From NCBI RefSeq assembly GCF_003231495.1, contig NZ_PQWO01000027.1, positions 1-32,000 of the forward strand: DNA of 32,000 nt, written 5' to 3'. Within the stretch, counting starts at the first letter, position 1. Every line of letters begins with the position of its first letter. The stretch is from Acaryochloris thomasi RCC1774. GTDB lineage: Bacteria > Cyanobacteriota > Cyanobacteriia > Thermosynechococcales > Thermosynechococcaceae. Shown here one piece after another: positions 24,154-32,000 of this stretch. Under the pieces are notes generated by a model. That model saw only the letters and a program-made list of their open reading frames with translations. It made no database searches and was not told the DNA's origin. Position numbers and translations under genes: made by a program.

Positions 24154-24339
24154 GTGGGAGGAGATGCGATCGCACAAAGGCTAGCAGCCACCGAGAATGG
24201 TAGTGACTCTCTCGTCGCATTGCAGAAGCACCTAAAGCTATCCTGGGGGCGGCTGTGGTTGGGGCTATTGCTAGGGGGCTTTGTGTTGGAGTCGGATGGT
24301 GAGCACTTTTATGGTGGTGGGATCACTATCCGTTTCTGA
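24154..24339 (+). CDS. 61-aa protein paralogous to the C-terminus of the 213-aa protein (GTG start)
   Basis: Starts 1 nt after the previous stop. About 65% aa identity to aa 157-213 of ORF 23134-23775. The 15-aa core LSWGRLWLGLLLGGF is identical although 12 of its 15 codons differ synonymously. Confidence 0.55.
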   Translation: MGGDAIAQRLAATENGSDSLVALQKHLKLSWGRLWLGLLLGGFVLESDGEHFYGGGITIRF

Positions 24340-24886
24340 ATATCGCTGAAGTTGAGAGGGAAAGTTCAATACAACCAGACGCAGTAGGAGATGATCGCGT
24401 GTAGGAATCGATTGTCGTTTGTTGGCAATGCTCATCACCTAAACCTGGCATAGGCATGGTTAGGGTGCCATACCGAATTCCTTGAACAGTTCGGCACTGT
24501 ATCAGATGCATTGCTTAGATGATCGCTTCAGCCACCCTGGCCAACATTGCAGATCAACAAAACTGGAAACCCGTAATCAGTTGAGGGTTCTCATCTTTCT
24601 AAATACCTGCCCGCCTTTCTCATACTTTACAAGGCCACGATTTAGCATCTATATTTCAGCCTAAAGCATACTAAGCAGGCAACACAGGTAGGGCAAATCA
24701 CCACGAAATGACTTCAGCTTAATAAATATATCACTAAGAAATGTAACAGAAAGTTGCCTTAGTTAAGAATTTATGCAGATCCCTGATCCCGGTGCTAGCT
24801 TAGATGCTGATACCTAGTCAAAATCAATGTTCGCATCAAGGAGGCACCTACCTATGCTCTACATCTATCTAGTCTGAGGCTATCTC

Positions 24887-24910
24887 ATTCAAGTATGGCC
24901 ATACTTGAAT
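24887..24910. repeat. 24-bp perfect palindrome in a long non-coding stretch
   Basis: ATTCAAGTATGGCCATACTTGAAT, flanked by GTCTGAGG (24872-24879) and GTCTGAGC (24912-24919). Confidence 0.3.
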
Positions 24911-25197
24911 GGTCTGAGCAGTCTTTCTGGTTTAGCCCTTCTTCACTTTTGTTGGGAGTTTTCCTCAAGCTCATCTCAAGTCAATTGCCCATTGTCTCTT
25001 AGCCGTAACGTCCCATGCGTAATCCTGGGCGTATATGTACTAAAGACGATCTGAGTCCAAGATTTTTTTAATTTAAGTTTTTTAATCCTGATAGACCTGT
25101 TGTTTTCCGTCTGATGGGAGTGTGTGCTGTTGCCTATGTTGATTCTATGGCAGGGATGACAGCTTGATAATCCATTGGACTTTGTGGGAGGAGAAGC

Positions 25198-25992
25198 ATG
25201 AAACTGATTGGAAAAACAGCTCTGGTGACGGGCGCTTCCCGTGGGATTGGTCGGGAGATTGCCCTGGAGTTAGCCCGTGAAGGAATTGCTCGCCTAGTCT
25301 TGGTCGCCCGTGATCGGCAGCGATTAGCAGCGGTGGCTGAGGAAATTAAACAGATGGGCGTAGAGGCCATCTTGGTCCCTTTGGATTTAACGCAGATCGG
25401 GGAGGTCCGAATTGCGATGGCTCGCGTTTGGCAGCATCAAGGCCCCATTCATCTATTGATTAATTGCGCTGGAGTGGCCCATCAACTGCCTTTTTTGCAA
25501 GCCCGTCTTCCCGACGTTCAGGAAGAGATTGCCCTCAATCTAATGGGCACTTATACGGTGACTCATTTAATTGCTCGTCGGATGGCCCGGAAGCGGGAAG
25601 GACGAATCGTCAATGTGTCGAGCTTGATGGGTAAGGTGGCTGCACCGACAATGGCGACCTATTCAGCGACTAAGTTTGCTCTTGTGGGCTTTACCCATGC
25701 ACTTCGGGGAGAACTAGCTCCCTACAACATCCGGGTCTCGGCTCTGTTACCGTCTTTGACTGAAACGGATATGGTGCGGAACCTAGAACGGTTCCGATGG
25801 GTGGTGCCAACGTCTCCCCAGAAGGTGGCTCAGGTTTTGGTTGCCAGTCTGGAAAAAGAGTCGGCTGAAATCCTGGTGGGATGGCAGAGTCATTTGGCCG
25901 TGTGGTGCAACCGAATCGCACCGGGCATCCTGGAGCAAGTGCTAAGGATGACGGCCCCCAAGACTCGGTTTGCTCCTGCTCTACGACTATAG
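25198..25992 (+). CDS. SDR-family oxidoreductase (classical short-chain dehydrogenase)
   Basis: GGAGGAG RBS. TGASRGIG cofactor loop, NCAG, the S...YSATK catalytic tetrad region, and PS..TE. Confidence 0.9.
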   Translation: MKLIGKTALVTGASRGIGREIALELAREGIARLVLVARDRQRLAAVAEEIKQMGVEAILVPLDLTQIGEVRIAMARVWQHQGPIHLLINCAGVAHQLPFLQARLPDVQEEIALNLMGTYTVTHLIARRMARKREGRIVNVSSLMGKVAAPTMATYSATKFALVGFTHALRGELAPYNIRVSALLPSLTETDMVRNLERFRWVVPTSPQKVAQVLVASLEKESAEILVGWQSHLAVWCNRIAPGILEQVLRMTAPKTRFAPALRL

Positions 25993-26346
25993 TCACCTCG
26001 GCTCTTACCTTGGTTGGTTGTTGGACAATTGGGTCAGAAGGAGGTCTGAATGCTCAATACAAAGAGTTTCAATCCAAGACTTGAGCGACTCGCTCATGGG
26101 CCAAATCGTCCATCTCTAGGAGTATGGCTCGGATGAAGGACAGTATCTGCCATCATCAACACCACATCATCCAGGTCAATGATGGTACGACACTGTCCTT
26201 ATCTTGAATTAGCTTTAGTGAGGATAACTTACTAATTAGTAGATAAGACTACAAAATCTAACAAATTTAATCTATATTGCTATTTTTTAATTGCATTCTT
26301 AAATGTTTGCGTTATATTAAGGACTCATTCACAAAGCAACAGACCT

Positions 26347-27114
26347 ATGATTGCTAACCTATCAATTCCAATGGAATCTAAACGTCAGGGTGGCGATCAA
26401 CTCGTCAGCAAGGTTGTGACCACTGCCATTTCTGCGTTGCTGAGGCAAACAGAGTTATTAGAGGTCAACGTCAGGGCTGAGCCAGTGGCAAAGCTGCTTC
26501 AGGGCAGCGTCGATGGCTTTGACTGTGTGGGGCAGGGACTGCTGATGCACAGCGGCCTTCAAGTTGACCAGATGGAGTTTCATCTACAGGCGCTCTCCAT
26601 TGACTTTGGTGCTCTTTTTCGAGGGCAAGTCCAACTTCGACAGCCGACGCAGGCTTCCATGCGGATTGCGCTAACCGAGGATAACTTAACGGAATCCTTC
26701 AATACACCCTTTCTCAAGGAGAAGCTCCAGCAGCTCTCATGGGAGGGACAGTCTCTGATGTTTGAGAGGACTCGGATTAGTGTTAACGAAGATCAGTCGC
26801 TGCGGATGCAAAGCTGGGTTCGCCAAGGTGAGGCTGAACAACTGTTTGAAATTGATATTACGGCTCGGGTTGAGGTTGAAAACCGACGCAAACTGAAATT
26901 TGTAGAGGTGACCTACGGTGGTGATCCGACGGCTGTAGCGTTAGGTCAAATGCTGACTGAACATGTAAATCAGTTACTGGATTTAGATCAGTTTGCCTTG
27001 GACGGGATGCAGCTTCGTGTAGATCAGCTACGGCTACGTAACAAGCAGCTCACGCTATATGGTGTTGCCCTTATCGAGAAGTTTCCACAGCGAAATAGAG
27101 GGTGGCAACCATAG
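26347..27114 (+). CDS. DUF2993 (LmeA-like) family protein
   Basis: LLQGSVDGFDCVGQGLLMHSGLQVDQMEFHLQALSIDFGALFRGQVQLRQPTQASMRIALTEDNLTESF matches the cyanobacterial DUF2993 pattern I recall (LLQG.iDsf.m.GrGL......v.em.f.tdav.iD..s.l.G.i.LkqPtqA). Confidence 0.7.
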   Translation: MIANLSIPMESKRQGGDQLVSKVVTTAISALLRQTELLEVNVRAEPVAKLLQGSVDGFDCVGQGLLMHSGLQVDQMEFHLQALSIDFGALFRGQVQLRQPTQASMRIALTEDNLTESFNTPFLKEKLQQLSWEGQSLMFERTRISVNEDQSLRMQSWVRQGEAEQLFEIDITARVEVENRRKLKFVEVTYGGDPTAVALGQMLTEHVNQLLDLDQFALDGMQLRVDQLRLRNKQLTLYGVALIEKFPQRNRGWQP

Positions 27115-27142
27115 AGAGTCTTTCACGCTCTATGTCGCTCTC

Positions 27143-27832
27143 TCAGGAGTTTACCTTAAGTGGCTCAGTCATAGCTCCATTAGGACTTTGTATAACTTTG
27201 TATGCGGCTGATCCATCATGGCCGGATATAACGTGTTTCAACTGACCGTCAACGAAATGGGCTGCAGCACCATCATCAATGGCGATGCCAGGGGAGATAT
27301 CTCCATTCCTAACGAGTTTTTCGAAGGTTGGTTTACGCTCCGCTTCCAATGAATAGTGGGGACAGCAACTGCCTGAAATGAAGTTGAGGCACTTTAATGG
27401 CATTAGTGTTCCAGCTCTGGCATCTGTTAGAGCAGACTCAAACCAGCATACGGCTCCCGCGCTGACGCCTGCTAAAATAGTGCCATTTCTTGCTGCCTCT
27501 TTAAGCAATGGAGGCAAGTTCCAGGCTTCCCAAATGGCTAAAAGGCTTAGAGTATTGCCACCGCCAACATAAATAGCATCCTGTTGCATAACCCAATCAG
27601 CTAGGTCGGGAGTACGGCGAAAGAATGTGAGGTGAGCTGGTAGACAGTTTAGTTGAGAAAAGCGTGCATAGAACTTCTGTCGATAACTTTCGGCATCTCC
27701 ACTGGCGGTTCCCAAAAAGCCAATCTTCGGTTTACTAGTTGGGCACTGCTCCAGGATATAGGTATCGAGTCTCGGCTCGGAACCTTCTGAAAAGCCCCCG
27801 CCGCCAATGGCAATGATTTGACCTTGAATCAT
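27143..27832 (-). CDS. peptidase S51 (dipeptidase E / cyanophycinase-like) family protein
   Basis: N-terminal IIAIGGGGF, Y.GGGNT, and the nucleophile box AGVSAGAVCWF. Confidence 0.8.
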   Translation of the reverse strand: MIQGQIIAIGGGGFSEGSEPRLDTYILEQCPTSKPKIGFLGTASGDAESYRQKFYARFSQLNCLPAHLTFFRRTPDLADWVMQQDAIYVGGGNTLSLLAIWEAWNLPPLLKEAARNGTILAGVSAGAVCWFESALTDARAGTLMPLKCLNFISGSCCPHYSLEAERKPTFEKLVRNGDISPGIAIDDGAAAHFVDGQLKHVISGHDGSAAYKVIQSPNGAMTEPLKVNS

Positions 27833-28572
27833 AATTTAGGACTCAATTTTTTGATTGTAGGCCATAAATGAACCAAACTGTGATTTTGAATACCATAGAG
27901 GTGAACAAAGTTTTACCCAAGGTTTTTATACTACTAAGTAATTTCAAGCAAAAGAGCAGAACTTTTAACCTACAATTCAGTAATTTGATGGGTTAACTGG
28001 ATGTGATGCTTTTCTCATTTACATGCACTATAAAAATGAAGTCTTAGCATAGAAGTATTTTTGGCGATTTCCATTAATGTCTTCTTATATAAGAATTCAA
28101 CTATCCATTGAACGTTGAAATGACTAAACTTGGTAGTTGAATTAAGCACTTGTATAGAGAATGGCGCGATATCGCAGATTGGGTGGTCTATGGCCGCTAC
28201 CTGGAAAACCTGAAACTCTCTTTGGATAAAGGGTATAGGCTATTGCTAAAAAGTGTGGTCTCGATTGAATAATCCCTAAAAAAGTAATACATGTTACACT
28301 TAGAGCACGCATAAGTTCCAACAGAAGTTCAGCTAGGATCTGAGCTTTTCGCTTCAATACACACATTACTTTCGCTAACCAAAGAATTTACTAGATTGTG
28401 CAGTCTTGACTGCGTGACTTCTCGGAAATCATACGAAGACTAAATTTCAGGCAGCGCAGTGCCTGTGAGTTTATTTCGAGAAAAATGTAAATCAACTCTA
28501 AATCGTATCGAGGCTTAGCAAGCTCAACAAGTCTCTTGAGAATTTAAAAGACAATTGTAAAGGTTTAATTGC

Positions 28573-29694
28573 ATGCCATTCGTTAAAGAAACGGCTTTAG
28601 TTTATTGCGAGAATCAGTTTGGCTTAGTAGACGGGAAAACGGCTTCAGGGTTAGTTCGGCACTCTGACACGTATACCATCGTTGGCGTTATTGATAGTAC
28701 TTTGGCGGGAAGAGACGCTGGGGAAGAGTTAGGCGATCGCGAAAACGGCATTCCTATTTTTGCCAACTTAGATGAAGCTTTGGGCCAGCTACGAGACGTT
28801 CCGAACTGCTATATCTATGGGAAAGCCCCCTTAGATGCCTGTATCTCAATGGTGGAAAGGTTCTTGATTTTTGAAGCGATGTCCAAGGGCATGAATATCA
28901 TCAACGGTTTGCACCAGTTTTTCTCTGAAGATCCTGAGTTTGTTCGTATGGCTGAGCAACACGGTATTCAAATTAAAGATATTAGAAAACCACCTCAGCT
29001 TCAAGATCTGCACGTCTTCACTGGTCAAATCTTTAGAGTCAATGTGCCTGTGATTGCTGTCCTCGGTACAGATTGCGCCTGCGGGAAAATGACCACTGCA
29101 GTGGAGCTGAATCAAGCCTTAAACAGGCTAGGAATAAAGTCTGTTATGGTGGCGACCGGGCAAACAGGTTTGATGCAGGGGGCAAAATATGGGGCCTCCA
29201 TTGATGCGCTCGTATCTCAATTTGTGATTGGTGAAATAGAAAATGCTGTGGTGCAGACGTTTGATCATGAAGACCCCGATATTATTCTCGTGGAAGGTCA
29301 AAGTGCCGTCGGTCATCCTGCTTTTATGAGTTCCGTCGGTATTTTGAAGGGCTGTATGCCCGATGGTGTGATTCTCCAGCATCCACCAGCCCGAAAGTTT
29401 CGGTGCGATTTTCCCCACCTAGCGATGCCCACCCTAGAGAGTGAAATTCAACTGATCGAATCGATCTCTCAATCTCAGGTGCTCGCCATCACGATCAGCC
29501 ATGAAAACATGAACGAGATAGAAACTCAGAGCGTGATTGCAGAGTATGAAAACCACTTTCGATTACCCACGACAGATGTGCTCAATGATGGGTGTCAAAA
29601 ACTGATTCAGGCTTTAGGCCAGCATTTTCCACAACTGAATCAAAAAATTAAGCTGGAGGGGTTAGAAAAGGTTTTGCAGTTGGCAATGGGGTAA
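28573..29694 (+). CDS. DUF1611 domain protein (DgcN-type family)
   Basis: VLGTDCACGKMTTAVELNQAL...G......ATGQTG.M........IDA..SQF..GE.E........D....VEGQSAVGHPA.....GILKG..PD.VILQH is the conserved DUF1611 core, including a P-loop-like GTDCxxGK. Confidence 0.8.
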   Translation: MPFVKETALVYCENQFGLVDGKTASGLVRHSDTYTIVGVIDSTLAGRDAGEELGDRENGIPIFANLDEALGQLRDVPNCYIYGKAPLDACISMVERFLIFEAMSKGMNIINGLHQFFSEDPEFVRMAEQHGIQIKDIRKPPQLQDLHVFTGQIFRVNVPVIAVLGTDCACGKMTTAVELNQALNRLGIKSVMVATGQTGLMQGAKYGASIDALVSQFVIGEIENAVVQTFDHEDPDIILVEGQSAVGHPAFMSSVGILKGCMPDGVILQHPPARKFRCDFPHLAMPTLESEIQLIESISQSQVLAITISHENMNEIETQSVIAEYENHFRLPTTDVLNDGCQKLIQALGQHFPQLNQKIKLEGLEKVLQLAMG

Positions 29695-29712
29695 GTATTT
29701 GGATTGAGAGAG

Positions 29713-30783
29713 ATGCCAGCCTTTTTGCCAAGGATAGAAATCTCCTTACCGAAGATACAGCATAATGCTCAGATCTTATCGGAGCTGTATGGGCAGAAAG
29801 GTATTTCTTTAATGGGTGTCACTAAAGCAACATTAGGGGAGCCTGCGATCGCATCTGCCATGCTGCGAGGTGGCGTCCAGTTTATTGCTGACTCGCGCAT
29901 TGAAAACATTCTCAGAATGAAGCAGGCGGGAATCATTGCTCAGTTCGTGTTGCTGCGTACAGCGCTCAGCCAAGCCAAATCGGTGATTGAGAGTGTGAAC
30001 GTCAGTCTAAACACAGAACTGAAAACGATTCAGGCCCTGTCTCACTATGCGAAGGAACAAAATAAAACCCATCAAATCATCCTGATGGTGGAGTTAGGCG
30101 ATTTGCGGGAAGGTATCCTTCCGGGAGATTTGTCTCTCTTCGTGCAAGAAGTCTTGGGCCTACCCAACATTGAAATCATGGGCATTGGCTGCAATTTGGC
30201 TTGTTATGGTGGCATCAAGCCAGACACACAAAATATGGACGAGCTATCTGAATTAGTGACTGCAATTGAAGCAAAATTTCAGATAGGCTTCACGGTTATT
30301 TCGGGCGGCAACTCGGCTAACTATGAATGGTGTAAATCGACCCAGAAGGCAGGAAGAATCAACAATCTCCGCATTGGGGAATCTATTCTTCTCGGTTGTG
30401 AAACAGTCAGCGGCAAGGGGATTCCAGCATTATATCGTAATGCCTTCAAGCTGATTGCGGAAGTGATTGAGGCCAAGGTAAAACCTTCTTTACCCTTTGG
30501 TGTGATCTGTCAGGATGCCTTTGGGAATATTCCAGTTATTATGGATCAGGGAATTCAAGCAAGAGCCATTATTGCTTTGGGAAGACAGGATGTTCTGATA
30601 TCTGGATTAAGTGCTGATAGCGATGTAGAGATACTCGGCTCTAGCAGCGATCACATCGTCCTCAATAGCAAGGGTTGCGATCTGGAAATTGGCAGCGAAG
30701 TTGAATTTAGTCTAGATTACGGTGGGGTTCTATCGGCAATGACATCACCCCATATTCAGAAAAAGATTATTGAATCTTTTTGA
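29713..30783 (+). CDS. alanine/ornithine racemase-family PLP-dependent enzyme (YhfX-like)
   Basis: The PLP lysine context GVTKA lies near the N-terminus. There is a TIM-barrel N-domain and a C-terminal beta domain, with GGNSAN in the position typical of this family. I prefer the ATG at 29713 to the track's TTG at 29704. Confidence 0.8.
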   Translation: MPAFLPRIEISLPKIQHNAQILSELYGQKGISLMGVTKATLGEPAIASAMLRGGVQFIADSRIENILRMKQAGIIAQFVLLRTALSQAKSVIESVNVSLNTELKTIQALSHYAKEQNKTHQIILMVELGDLREGILPGDLSLFVQEVLGLPNIEIMGIGCNLACYGGIKPDTQNMDELSELVTAIEAKFQIGFTVISGGNSANYEWCKSTQKAGRINNLRIGESILLGCETVSGKGIPALYRNAFKLIAEVIEAKVKPSLPFGVICQDAFGNIPVIMDQGIQARAIIALGRQDVLISGLSADSDVEILGSSSDHIVLNSKGCDLEIGSEVEFSLDYGGVLSAMTSPHIQKKIIESF

Positions 30784-30938
30784 ACATTTCCCAGGATTCT
30801 TTTCTCGATGTCATTTCACCTGTCTGTTAAGGAGCCGGTATGGGTAGGGATTTAAAGCTTGTCCAGCTTAGATTGAGAGCAGACAGTCTCCTGTGACAAA
30901 GTCCCAAACAATCAACAAATATTATTGAGGTTCAATAG

Positions 30939-31124
30939 ATGAGAGCTAATTCTAGTATTGGGAAATACAGCCACAAGAAGTTTTCGCCACCTGCAACCCG
31001 TAGCATTGATAAAACTTGCCAGCAGTGGAAACAAAAAAATGCTGAAGCTCGTGTCGCAGAGGCACAGATACGAATTCTGGAAAAGCAGCAAGCCCAAAGA
31101 AATGAAGGAGGCAAGAATAAATAG
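30939..31124 (+). CDS. possible small basic protein
   Basis: 61-aa ORF with ATG and GAGG 9 nt upstream. K/Q/R-rich helical tail. It lies in an AT-rich region where four ORFs overlap, so support is weak. Confidence 0.25.
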   Translation: MRANSSIGKYSHKKFSPPATRSIDKTCQQWKQKNAEARVAEAQIRILEKQQAQRNEGGKNK

Positions 31125-31366
31125 TAGCAAAATACGTCTAAGGCAAATTCTTGCATACAATATTTGAAAATTGTGATACCTATCGTCTATTAATAAGAGT
31201 TATGTTCATATGGTTTTGGCAAGAATTATTTAGCTATACTAGAAGCGGGGAAAGAGTAATTCTTCTTCTGGTATATAAACGCTATTTGAGTTATTTCTCT
31301 AAAAGCTCAATATTTTTATTTATTGGTAGTTGATGACCGGTGTGTTGAAAGCTCTAGCTTTTATTA

Positions 31367-31924
31367 ATGAATTTACTAAATCATTCTGAGAATCAAGATG
31401 TGAACGCTCAAGAAATGTTACGCCTGTATAGTGAAGGAAAACGAGATTTTAGCCACGTAAGTCTTGTTAAAGTATGTCTGACAAATGCCAATCTAATTGG
31501 TGCACACTTGACTGGAGCACACTTGGTTGAAGCAAATCTACAAGGGTCAAACCTCACCAAAGCGCATCTGGCTCAAGCCAAGATGAATCAGTCCAAGCTT
31601 TCCGATACAGAAATGATCAACGCATGCTTGATTGATGCAGAAATGATTGATTCTGACCTGAGTGGAGCAGATTTGAGGCAAGCTGATCTCAGTGGAGCAG
31701 ACTTGAGTGGTGCTAATTTAGGAGGAGCAGACTTGAGAGGAAGCATCTTGCGGGATGTAAATTTAAGTGGTGCAGACTTGAGAGGAGCCGATCTGACAGG
31801 GGTTAGTTTAAGCAAAACTAATCTCAGGGGTGCAGACTTAAAGGGAGCCTATATAGATGAGTCAGAATTTCAAGAAGTAGAACGAAGGGAATTAGGTAAC
31901 TCCAACTTGTCTATATCCGTATAG
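31367..31924 (+). CDS. pentapeptide-repeat protein
   Basis: About 25 consecutive A(D/N)LxG-type pentapeptides (ANLIGAHLTGAHLVEANLQGSNLTKAHL...GADLSGANLGGADLRG). Confidence 0.92.
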   Translation: MNLLNHSENQDVNAQEMLRLYSEGKRDFSHVSLVKVCLTNANLIGAHLTGAHLVEANLQGSNLTKAHLAQAKMNQSKLSDTEMINACLIDAEMIDSDLSGADLRQADLSGADLSGANLGGADLRGSILRDVNLSGADLRGADLTGVSLSKTNLRGADLKGAYIDESEFQEVERRELGNSNLSISV

Positions 31925-32000
31925 ATACCAAAGAGCCTAATGTCTATCTTAATAGAAAAAATCTCATTTATGCTAATCCTGCCGATGCAATTTTAGTCGG

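Noticed and set aside
24460-24468. A third occurrence of TTAGGGTGC (the hairpin variant of the operator motif) in the long non-coding stretch
   Set aside because: A single 9-mer with no inverted partner. About 0.2-0.3 chance matches are expected on both strands of 32 kb, so this is not enough to link the two loci.
26100-26210. Possible minus-strand gene fragment (IIDLDDVVLMMADTVLHPSHTPRDGRFGP*) between the SDR and DUF2993 genes
   Set aside because: It is too short, has no start codon context and no family I can name. It may be a relic, but I cannot support that.
28142-28366. 74-aa minus-strand ORF in the AT-rich gap upstream of the DUF1611 gene
   Set aside because: No RBS and no recognisable motifs. 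It lies in a 740-bp AT-rich probable promoter region.
31588-31815. 75-aa minus-strand ORF with its own repeat pattern (LKSAP...)
   Set aside because: It is the antisense reading of the pentapeptide-repeat DNA. The periodicity is inherited from the + strand gene.
1-32000. Search for CRISPR arrays, tRNA/tmRNA and rRNA genes
   Set aside because: I saw no series of regularly spaced 25-40-bp direct repeats, no cloverleaf-compatible segments near the recombinase or in the long gaps, and no rRNA-like conserved blocks. This was done by eye only; tRNAscan or CRISPR finders could still overturn it.

Overview
The DNA looks cyanobacterial. I counted at least 15 HIP1 octamers (GCGATCGC) by eye, against about 0.5 expected by chance in 32 kb. 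The window is a mosaic accessory region, either a plasmid or a genomic island.

Ordinary-looking genes:
- tandem-VOC protein
- PQQ-dependent sugar dehydrogenase lipoprotein
- secreted class-A beta-lactamase-like serine hydrolase
- Hanks Ser/Thr kinase
- NodB-type deacetylase
- PEP-CTERM protein
- SDR oxidoreductase
- DUF2993-like protein
- S51 peptidase
- DUF1611 protein paired with a PLP racemase
- pentapeptide-repeat protein

Mobile or plasmid-type DNA interleaved with them:
- An HNH/DUF2786 module (1.6-4.4 kb) with a dense TTAGGGTACA inverted-repeat operator array, plus a decayed parA/RHH partition remnant.
- A complete IS6-family element (14956-15792).
- Three unrelated MITE-like TIR elements. 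One has split a Cas4-like PD-(D/E)XK nuclease gene, and excising it restores the ELIDYKT catalytic motif.
- A partition/recombination block (16.7-24.3 kb): parA, parB, candidate parS palindromes, a tyrosine recombinase fused to a PRiA4_ORF3 domain, and hicAB.

Best candidates for something undescribed:
1. The tightly coupled four-ORF operon downstream of hicAB (22646-24339). It encodes a Zn-ribbon-like basic protein, an acidic 213-aa protein, a 126-aa ORF with Cys-His-Asp spacing, and a 61-aa paralogous tail. The SWGRLWLGLLLGGF core of that tail is conserved despite 12 of 15 codons being synonymously changed.
2. The recombinase-PRiA4_ORF3 fusion and its small paralogous downstream ORF.
3. A 1219-aa membrane-anchored multidomain protein (10178-13837).

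I saw no rRNA, tRNA or CRISPR array. All family assignments come from motif recognition by eye; no searches were run.
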